DNA from: Desulfotignum sp.
Lineage (GTDB): Bacteria; Desulfobacterota; Desulfobacteria; Desulfobacterales; Desulfobacteraceae
NCBI GenBank assembly: GCA_046260585.1
Contig: JBHEOW010000001.1
Span: 45,242-109,241, forward strand
Length of the DNA: 64,000 nucleotides
Direction: 5' to 3'
Both the position numbers and the translations under genes were made by a program. Of this stretch, positions 30,008 through 37,072 are shown piece after piece. The notes beneath the pieces were generated by a model, which was given only the letters and a program-made list of their open reading frames with translations, was not told where the DNA came from and made no database searches. How positions within the stretch are numbered: the stretch's first letter is position 1; every line of letters begins with the position of its first letter.

Positions 30008-31092
30008 CCATTCTCCTTTTCAAAAGATGCCATAAATTCGGTAAGGGCTGCCATGTTTTCCATGGTGGCGGCATTGTAGATGGATGCCCGGCACCCGCCC
30101 ACGGACCGGTGTCCCTTAAGACCGCCCAGGCCTTTTTGGGCGGCCCCGGCCACAAATTGTTTTTCCAGCTCCTCGGATGGCAGGCGAAACGTCACATTCA
30201 TCAGGGACCGGGAATCTTTTTGTGCGGTTGCCTGATAAAAATCGGATGTATCAATCAGATCATAGAGAATCCCGGCTTTTTTGGTATTATGTTCCGCCAT
30301 TTTTTCCAGGCTCCCGAAGGTTTGCTGGATCCACTGGAGCACAAGGCCGATGGTATAGATACCAAAACAGGGCGGGGTATTGTACATGGAATTTTTTGCG
30401 GCATAGGTGGCATAAGAGAGCATGGACGGCAGGTTGTCATTGGCCGTTTCCATGAAATCCTTTCGGATAATAACCATGCAGGTGCCGGATGGTCCCAAAT
30501 TTTTCTGGGCACCGGCATAGATCAGGCCGAATTTTTCCATGGGCAGGGGCCGTGAAAAAATATCCGAAGACATGTCAGCCACCAGCGGCACCCCATTGGT
30601 TTGAGGAAACGTTGCGAACTGGGTGCCTTTGATGGTGTTGTTGGATGTGATGTGTACATACCGGGCAGCGGGATTGCATTGGATGTTTTGGGGGATATAG
30701 GAAAAATTGTTGTCTTCTGATGAGGCCGGCACCTGGATGGATTTTTTTTGCATCTGCGCTTCTTTGATGGCCTTGGTGGACCAGGTACCGGTGTTGATGT
30801 AATCTGCTGTATCGTTTTGGCCCAAAAAATTCATGGGGATCATGGCAAACTGGAGGGATGCCCCCCCCTGGACGAACAGGACATGGTAGTTGTCATCCAG
30901 TTTCAATAATGTTTTGGCCCGGTCGATGGCATCGTTGATAACCGCATCAAAATAGGAAGATCTGTGACTGATTTCAGTGATGGACATGCCCGAACCATTG
31001 AAATCCAAAAAAGATGCCTGGATTTTTTCCAGAACGGACAGGGGCAAGGCAGCAGGACCGGCATTAAAATTGTGAATTCGTTGCACTGTCAT
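30004..31092 (-). CDS. serC: 3-phosphoserine aminotransferase
   Basis: N-terminal NFNAGPAALP, PLP-lysine context (YAGAQKNLGPSG) and 362 aa. The stop overlaps the serA ATG (ATGA). Confidence 0.93.
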   Translation of the reverse strand: MTVQRIHNFNAGPAALPLSVLEKIQASFLDFNGSGMSITEISHRSSYFDAVINDAIDRAKTLLKLDDNYHVLFVQGGASLQFAMIPMNFLGQNDTADYINTGTWSTKAIKEAQMQKKSIQVPASSEDNNFSYIPQNIQCNPAARYVHITSNNTIKGTQFATFPQTNGVPLVADMSSDIFSRPLPMEKFGLIYAGAQKNLGPSGTCMVIIRKDFMETANDNLPSMLSYATYAAKNSMYNTPPCFGIYTIGLVLQWIQQTFGSLEKMAEHNTKKAGILYDLIDTSDFYQATAQKDSRSLMNVTFRLPSEELEKQFVAGAAQKGLGGLKGHRSVGGCRASIYNAATMENMAALTEFMASFEKENG

Positions 31093-31117
31093 GGGGAGTT
31101 CCTTTCTGTATTATGGG

Positions 31118-32725
31118 TTATAAATTATGCTCACGTGTCTTGTGGAACTGAACATCAGGCCATTCTTCCATGACAAAGCCAAGCTGGTATTCGCTGGTGG
31201 TCATGAAGGTCAAGCAGCCTTCCGCATCCAGGGCAAGACTGGCTTCATTTTTTTGTCTGAATCGGTTCAATATCCGGTCATCTTCACAGGTGACCCATCT
31301 GGCAACGGACAGATCAATGGATTCATAGCCGGCATTGACGTTGTATTCCGCATGTAAACGGGCCATGGTCACATCAAACTGCAGCACGCCCACAGCCCCT
31401 ATCACGTGCAGGTTTCCCAACAGAGGCCGAAACACCTGGATGGTACCCTCTTCGGCCAACTGGGTCAATCCCTTGTTCAAGGATTTGGTCTTCATGGGAT
31501 CCCTGAGCAGCACCCGCCTGAAATGTTCCGGTGCAAAACTGGGAATACCTAAGAACTTGAGAGGCTCTTTGGTGGTAAAGGTATCTCCTATCTTGATGGT
31601 GCCATGGTTGTGGATACCGATGATATCCCCGGGATAGGCTTCTTCCACATTGCTGCGTTCCCGGGCCATGAAAATCGTGGCATTGGACAGGCGGATTTCT
31701 TTGCCGATACGGTGGTGTCTGACTTTCATCCCCCGGGTAAACTTTCCCGAGCAGATCCGGAAAAAAGCGATGCGGTCCCGGTGTTCCGGGTCCATATTGG
31801 CCTGAATTTTAAAGGCAAACCCTGAAAAATCTGTTTCCAGCGGGTTTACATCCCGGGTCCGGGTCGGCCGAATGCCTGGTGGCGGTGCAATTTTCACAAA
31901 CGCATTCAGCATTTCCTTTACCCCGAAATTGTTGATGGCAGAACCGAAGAACACCGGTGTCTGTGTACCATTGAGATACAGCTCCAGGTCAAACGGCTCG
32001 GATGCTCCCTGGATCAGGTCCACATCTTCTCTGAGCTGTCGGGCCTGGGATTCGGGGATCAATTTATCCAGGCGGGGGTCAAACAGATCCTGTATCACAA
32101 TACCATCACCATCTTTGGGGGTATATCCGGCAGAAAAAATACCCAATTCTTTGTCCTGTAAATTATACACCCCTTTAAAGCGTTTTCCCATGCCGATGGG
32201 CCAGGTCAACGGCACGCATTCTATCTGGAGTTTGTCCTCTATATCTTCAAAAATGTCCAGAGGCTCCATGCCTTCTCTGTCCAGCTTGTTGATAAAGGTG
32301 ATAATAGGGGTGTTGCGCATGCGGCAGACTTCCATGAGTTTTTTGGTCTGGGGTTCCACCCCCTTGGCATTGTCAATAATCATGACGGCACAATCCACCG
32401 CAGTCAGCACCCGATAGGTGTCTTCGCTAAAATCCTTGTGCCCGGGGGTATCCAGCAGGTTGATTTCATGCCCTTTGTATTCAAACTTCATGACCGATGA
32501 AGACACGGAAATACCGCGTTCCTGTTCAATGGAGAGAAAATCGGACAAGGCTGCCCGGTCTGTTTTTTTTGACTTGACTGCACCTGCCTGCTTGATGGCG
32601 CCGCCAAACAGCAGCAGTTTTTCGGTAAGGGTGGTTTTCCCGGCATCTGGATGGGATATGATGGCAAAGGTTCTGCGTTTGTTTATTTCACGCACAAATG
32701 CTTTATCGATGGTTTCTGATTCCAT
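31118..32725 (-). CDS. prfC: peptide chain release factor 3
   Basis: [24 protein letters not shown] and NKLDR GTPase motifs. 535 aa with RF3-type C-terminal domains. Confidence 0.95.
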   Translation of the reverse strand: MESETIDKAFVREINKRRTFAIISHPDAGKTTLTEKLLLFGGAIKQAGAVKSKKTDRAALSDFLSIEQERGISVSSSVMKFEYKGHEINLLDTPGHKDFSEDTYRVLTAVDCAVMIIDNAKGVEPQTKKLMEVCRMRNTPIITFINKLDREGMEPLDIFEDIEDKLQIECVPLTWPIGMGKRFKGVYNLQDKELGIFSAGYTPKDGDGIVIQDLFDPRLDKLIPESQARQLREDVDLIQGASEPFDLELYLNGTQTPVFFGSAINNFGVKEMLNAFVKIAPPPGIRPTRTRDVNPLETDFSGFAFKIQANMDPEHRDRIAFFRICSGKFTRGMKVRHHRIGKEIRLSNATIFMARERSNVEEAYPGDIIGIHNHGTIKIGDTFTTKEPLKFLGIPSFAPEHFRRVLLRDPMKTKSLNKGLTQLAEEGTIQVFRPLLGNLHVIGAVGVLQFDVTMARLHAEYNVNAGYESIDLSVARWVTCEDDRILNRFRQKNEASLALDAEGCLTFMTTSEYQLGFVMEEWPDVQFHKTREHNL

Positions 32726-32794
32726 TCACTGAAATCCTTGTTGGGTTGAAATTTGCGTTTACGCCGGGATATTATGCACAAAAATACATGTCTA

Positions 32795-33037
32795 TCATGT
32801 GTCTTCAGGCGGTTTTTGGGTTTTGGAGCGTTTCCGGACTTTGAAAAAATCCCAGATGGCCCAGGGAATTAAAATCACACTCAATACCTGGTTGAACAAT
32901 GCATGCTCAGCCATATCAGGGTCAGTGGTCAGCCATCCGTCCCAGAAACACCATAGACCGAATCCCATCAAAAGCAGTGTAAAAACATAGGGACTCATAC
33001 GGGGCGGGTGTGGGGAATTATTGTCTTCTTTAGTCAT
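32795..33037 (-). CDS. small membrane protein (80 aa, two TM helices)
   Basis: ATG 33037 has an AGGAA RBS (the track start 33052 is TTG). Trp-rich TM segments (YVFTLLLMGFGLWCFWDGW and VLSVILIPWAIWDFF). No family recognised. Confidence 0.5.
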   Translation of the reverse strand: MTKEDNNSPHPPRMSPYVFTLLLMGFGLWCFWDGWLTTDPDMAEHALFNQVLSVILIPWAIWDFFKVRKRSKTQKPPEDT

Positions 33038-33136
33038 AGCGTTCCTGTCCAATGATTGTTAGATATCACATTAGATGTCAAAAAGATTCGTTTTATATCA
33101 TATTTCCGTGGCAAATACCATGCCCGATTCTTTTGA

Positions 33137-33210
33137 TCCAACACCCAGGTCCAACATCCAGGTCCAACACCCAGATCCAACATCCAGATCCAACATCCTC
33201 ATCAAACACC
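33137..33210. repeat. 13-nt tandem repeat, about 5.5 copies (TCCAACAYCCAGR)
   Basis: Read directly: TCCAACACCCAGG / TCCAACATCCAGG / TCCAACACCCAGA / TCCAACATCCAGA / TCCAACATCCTCA / TCAAACACC. A 13-nt period is incompatible with coding. It sits between the CULT gene stop (33222) and the small membrane protein start (33037). Confidence 0.9.
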
Positions 33211-33221
33211 ATGCCGTCGGA

Positions 33222-33596
33222 TCAGGGAAAAAACAATTTATCCAAAACAAGACCAAAAAAACAATGGGTGTCAGAGGTGAAAATCCAGCCCAGATGTGCC
33301 GAACAATTTGCACAGATACCAATCTGCCAGGCATAACCGGCAAACCAGGTGAATTCCACAGAAGACACGGATGCAGGAATACACCCCCATGCCTGATGAA
33401 AACAGCCGATTTCAAACACATGACCATGGGGGTTGGCAAAGGTATGCAAAAAAGCCCCGTTCATTTTCATGCGTTCATCAGGAGCTGTCACTTGATGGCT
33501 GCAGTTGCGGCAAAGGATAACTGGCGAAGATCTTGATGCAATGTCCGGTGTTGTCCGGGTTGCAGTTTCCGGCGCTTGTCTGCAGATGACATGCAT
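33222..33596 (-). CDS. cereblon-like CULT domain protein (bacterial cereblon isoform type)
   Basis: 124 aa with a CxxC pair (CRNC) and the segment TWFAGYAWQIGICANCSAHLGWIF. This reproduces the cereblon pattern W-x5-W-x4-C-x2-C-x5-W-x-F (human [24 protein letters not shown]). ATG 33596 lies 4 nt after the upstream stop. Confidence 0.8.
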   Translation of the reverse strand: MHVICRQAPETATRTTPDIASRSSPVILCRNCSHQVTAPDERMKMNGAFLHTFANPHGHVFEIGCFHQAWGCIPASVSSVEFTWFAGYAWQIGICANCSAHLGWIFTSDTHCFFGLVLDKLFFP

Positions 33597-33600
33597 ATCT

Positions 33601-34332
33601 TTAAGATCTGCCTGTTTCCACGGTTTTTTTCTGAATGTGGTATAAAGTTGCGCCCACCGGTGCAAAGGAAAGCATCACTATATTGACCCAGGGAATAAGA
33701 AACAGCAGGCCAAACCCCACGTGAAACCACAAGGTCTGCCGTAAAAATGCGATACGCTGCCCGAACGGCATCATTTTCCGGGCCAAAACCAGATCTGTAT
33801 TATCCCAGGCCAAAAACACACCTGCGGTAATGGAGGATAAAACAAGAATAACCGGACCCAGGGGGGTAAACAGGCCCATGACCATGACAGCCAGGGTGAT
33901 GACCAAGGGAATGACAGCCCTGGGGATTTCCTGGCAGACCAGATAAACAAAAAATGACAGCCAGGAACTTTGGGCATAGGATACTTCTGTGCCCAGCACG
34001 ATTTTTTCCGTCAACCTGGACATATAGTCCATAATATACACACAAAAAAACACCTGTGCCACCAGATAAGCTGCCACAACAGCCACAGCAGCAAGCAGCA
34101 GGGATAACACCCATGATGCAAGATGCCAGACATACAGCAACATTCCTTTTTCTGGCATTTCCCAAATCATGGCCAGGATGGCTTCATGCCAGAAAAAAAC
34201 AAGACCTGAAAAAAACAACGCCAGCACAAGGATTATGGCAAACCGCAACAGTCCAAGCCATAACAGTTTTGGATTTGCAAAGGCAAACAAAACACCCTGG
34301 ATATTGTATTTTATACCCCGAAAAAAATCCAT
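33601..34332 (-). CDS. CysZ / EI24 family integral membrane protein (putative sulfate permease-like)
   Basis: 243 aa that align by eye with E. coli CysZ along the whole length. Examples: GIKYNIQG.. versus GFYYFAQGW, and PRAVIPLVITL..LAWDNTDLVLARKMMPF..IPWVNIVMLSFAPVGATL versus PRAIVLLILYF..IQYCDYPFDNHKVPF..IPLLNLFIMPVAVCGAT. Confidence 0.75.
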   Translation of the reverse strand: MDFFRGIKYNIQGVLFAFANPKLLWLGLLRFAIILVLALFFSGLVFFWHEAILAMIWEMPEKGMLLYVWHLASWVLSLLLAAVAVVAAYLVAQVFFCVYIMDYMSRLTEKIVLGTEVSYAQSSWLSFFVYLVCQEIPRAVIPLVITLAVMVMGLFTPLGPVILVLSSITAGVFLAWDNTDLVLARKMMPFGQRIAFLRQTLWFHVGFGLLFLIPWVNIVMLSFAPVGATLYHIQKKTVETGRS

Positions 34333-34414
34333 GCCCCTGCCTTGTATCTTTGAATGAAAATACTTATTAGTACAATATAAAAATTACCAGCATCAAATTC
34401 AAGGAGATTCTTTG

Positions 34415-35257
34415 ATGACAGTCTATTATGTGGACGGCAAATTTGTGCCCGACGACCAGGCCATGATTCCGGTGGACGATCTTGCGGTGTTGCGGGGATT
34501 CGGCATCTGCGATATCATGCGCACCTTTCATGGGAAACCCTATTTTATTGACGAACATATCCAGCGGCTGATGGACTCGGGAGAGCGAATTGGCCTGTTT
34601 TTGCCATGGAAAACTGATGAAATCAAAGCAATCGTCCTTGAAACATTACAAAAAAACAAGCCAACGGCGGAAGCCAATATACGCATCGTAATAACCGGCG
34701 GTTCCAGCCCGGATTTTTTAACCCCCAGCGGGAATCCCCGGTTGATCGTCATGGTCACGCCCATAAAAAAACTGCCACAGGATTGGTACACCAAAGGGGT
34801 AAAGGTGATTACCCTCATGCAGGAAAGGCCCCTTGCCGGAGCCAAGGTCACCTCCTACATACCGGCCGCCATGGCCTTGCAACAGGCACAAAAATCGGGT
34901 GCTGTGGAAGCCCTCTATATAAATTCACAAAAACAGGTTCTGGAAGGGACCACCAGCAATTTGTTCGCTTTCTTCGGCAACACGCTGGTCACACCGCCTG
35001 CACAAGGGATCTTAAAAGGCATCACCAGAAAACTGATTTTGTCCCTTGGGGCACAATTTTTCCAGATTACAGAAGAACCCCTTTTTCTGAACCGGCTTAC
35101 TGCGGCTGATGAAGTGTTTATCACCGGTACCAATAAAGGCGTTGTACCGGTGATACAGATTGATGATGCCATTATTTCCAATGGCAGGCCCGGCAAAAAT
35201 ACGGCAAAACTGATCCAGGCACTGGATCAGCATACCCGGCATTTTTCATCCCGGTAG
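34415..35257 (+). CDS. class IV aminotransferase (branched-chain/D-amino-acid aminotransferase or ADC lyase family)
   Basis: Fold-type IV motifs: GFGICD, LEGTTSNLF and FITGTNKGVVPV. AAGGAG sits 8 nt upstream of ATG 34415 (the track start 34412 is TTG). Confidence 0.8.
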   Translation: MTVYYVDGKFVPDDQAMIPVDDLAVLRGFGICDIMRTFHGKPYFIDEHIQRLMDSGERIGLFLPWKTDEIKAIVLETLQKNKPTAEANIRIVITGGSSPDFLTPSGNPRLIVMVTPIKKLPQDWYTKGVKVITLMQERPLAGAKVTSYIPAAMALQQAQKSGAVEALYINSQKQVLEGTTSNLFAFFGNTLVTPPAQGILKGITRKLILSLGAQFFQITEEPLFLNRLTAADEVFITGTNKGVVPVIQIDDAIISNGRPGKNTAKLIQALDQHTRHFSSR

Positions 35258-35294
35258 GGCAATTAAATTCCGGCAAGGCAATTAAATTCCGGCA
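35257..35294. repeat. 19-nt head-to-tail duplication at a convergent gene junction
   Basis: (G/A)GGCAATTAAATTCCGGCA occurs twice (35257-35275 and 35276-35294). The second copy contains the last codons and the stop of the cyclase gene. The first fills the gap to the aminotransferase stop. Confidence 0.8.
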
Positions 35295-36910
35295 CAAACT
35301 GTTGGCGGCTGTTTGTGTGAAATACAATTGATCCGAAAGGTGGTATCGGTGGCAAATTCTTTATGGCAGACCGGTCCCATTCTTTCAATGACATCCGGAC
35401 CCAGGTTATAAAAATCCTGGAAAAAAGAAAAAAAACGGACACCGGGCACAGGTTCACTATTTTTGCCTGCTGTGGCAATATGCCACATAACCGGGGTATC
35501 TTTTGAAACAACGCTGTTGTTGAGAATATCCAATAGTTTTTTTTCAACATGAATGCTGTTTTTGGTACCGGTACTTTCCAGCCTGGAAGCGATATTCACC
35601 GGCTTTCCAATGGCTGTTACAATACGGCGGTTACAACTGCCCAGCGGCCCAACCAACGAGGCCCCATAGGCCATTCCGGCTCTGAAGTCCAAGCAGATAC
35701 CGTGCTTTTTCACAAGGGTTCGGACCCGGTTTTCTTTGTCCATGGGATGACCTTTCTGCTGTAATGCATGGATCTGGTTGAATACGGAAGCGATGGCCAT
35801 TGTCATGATCATCAGACGTTCCGGCAGGCCGGACGGTTTTCTTGTATTAGGCGGATCGAATATTTCCATATTTTCCCAAAAAACCGCATCCCCTAAAAAA
35901 TTATCAACCCGGCATCCGTATGCGGCAACTGTATCAGTTGCAATTTCATGGCAGACGTTCAATACCAGAAAAAAATCCCTGGGAGACAAGGCTTTTCTGA
36001 CAATGCTGGATCCCACCATATCCATGAAGGCATAAACCCCATTTGGTTCAATAATGGGGGTCATGTTCAACTGTTGTGCTGTCACAGCGCCCACTGCCTG
36101 GAGATGGTTTTTTAATTCATCCAGTTTCTGGATTTTTTCATTGAGTTGCACAAAGGTGTTACGCAGATTTCTTTCCTTGCGCCAGATAATTTTTGCCGCA
36201 CGCCGTCCCCTTGCCTGTCCTAGATGCGCCAAAGAAGCTGTTTCAATGGCACTGATGAGCAAATCAAACCGGAACTTCAAATCGCTGGAATAGGTCTGAT
36301 TATCACCGGTTTTTTGAAATAATTGCTGGTCCACGGTATTAAATACAATGGCTCCGTAGTCTGGAATGTACACCGATACAAAATTGTCGGGTGTAAACCA
36401 GTGTATGATATCCATATTCACCAGAATATCGGGCAGCACTTCAAACTGCCTGCCGTCATAGGCAATAACAGACAGGCTGCCCCCGGTCGGAGCAGACCGC
36501 AGTTCTTTTTGGGGAATATGATCGATAAAGACAATTTTAATGCCGTTTGCGTAATATTCGGCATGCTTTCGCATCACATGGGCAATAACCCCTTGTGTTT
36601 TTACCTGCCTGCCATAGCTGTTTGCGGTAAAAAGCCTTATGGGGGACAGCTTTATCCACCGTATCACCGCAGGGCCGAACCATTTAAACCCCAGGCCGGA
36701 AAGCCCTTTGCCGTCAAGTTTGTGCACCACTCCTCGGTCCCATTTATGGGGCGGCAAAAATTTTTCCCCGGTATGATCTGTTCCATACACCACACCGGCC
36801 AGTCTAGCTTTAAGCAGGTCCAGGCTGAATTGTAACAGCAGTGCCAGCACATTTTTTCTGCTGAAGGCAAGCCGTTCAAACCGGCGGATATCAGGGATGT
36901 CCGATCTCAT
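35282..36910 (-). CDS. class III adenylate/guanylate cyclase with a large uncharacterised N-terminal domain
   Basis: C-terminal cyclase homology domain (AFMDMVGSS metal site, NFLGDAVF, GKPVNIASRLES), preceded by a coiled segment and about 290 aa with no motif I recognise. Confidence 0.8.
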   Translation of the reverse strand: MRSDIPDIRRFERLAFSRKNVLALLLQFSLDLLKARLAGVVYGTDHTGEKFLPPHKWDRGVVHKLDGKGLSGLGFKWFGPAVIRWIKLSPIRLFTANSYGRQVKTQGVIAHVMRKHAEYYANGIKIVFIDHIPQKELRSAPTGGSLSVIAYDGRQFEVLPDILVNMDIIHWFTPDNFVSVYIPDYGAIVFNTVDQQLFQKTGDNQTYSSDLKFRFDLLISAIETASLAHLGQARGRRAAKIIWRKERNLRNTFVQLNEKIQKLDELKNHLQAVGAVTAQQLNMTPIIEPNGVYAFMDMVGSSIVRKALSPRDFFLVLNVCHEIATDTVAAYGCRVDNFLGDAVFWENMEIFDPPNTRKPSGLPERLMIMTMAIASVFNQIHALQQKGHPMDKENRVRTLVKKHGICLDFRAGMAYGASLVGPLGSCNRRIVTAIGKPVNIASRLESTGTKNSIHVEKKLLDILNNSVVSKDTPVMWHIATAGKNSEPVPGVRFFSFFQDFYNLGPDVIERMGPVCHKEFATDTTFRINCISHKQPPTVCAGI

Positions 36911-36929
36911 ATTTTTTCACATCGAAATA

Positions 36930-36957
36930 TTTGTCGCACCATGTTTGTCGCACCATG
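36930..36957. repeat. 14-nt head-to-tail duplication in the cyclase 5' leader
   Basis: TTTGTCGCACCATG occurs twice (36930-43 and 36944-57), 20-47 nt upstream of the cyclase ATG (36910) on the minus strand. Confidence 0.85.
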
Positions 36958-37072
36958 CCGGCAACCGGAGGTTGCAAAGAAGATTTTTTCAGCAGACCGG
37001 CATGCGTTTGAAACAGTCTTATGTTTTATATACCGGGGCAGGCACAAAAATCCAGCAAAAAATGATATGCCC

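Noticed and set aside
33137-33210. The possibility that the tandem array is a CRISPR array
   Set aside because: The units are directly abutting 13-mers without spacers, which is far too short. No cas genes or leader are present.
33075-33536. ORFs 33075-33536 (+), 33052-33336 (+) and 33098-33439 (-), which translate the 13-nt array into apparent peptide repeats (PDPTSRSN..)
   Set aside because: A 13-nt period shifts frame in every unit, so the peptide repetition is an artefact. These ORFs also overlap the well-supported CULT gene on the other strand.
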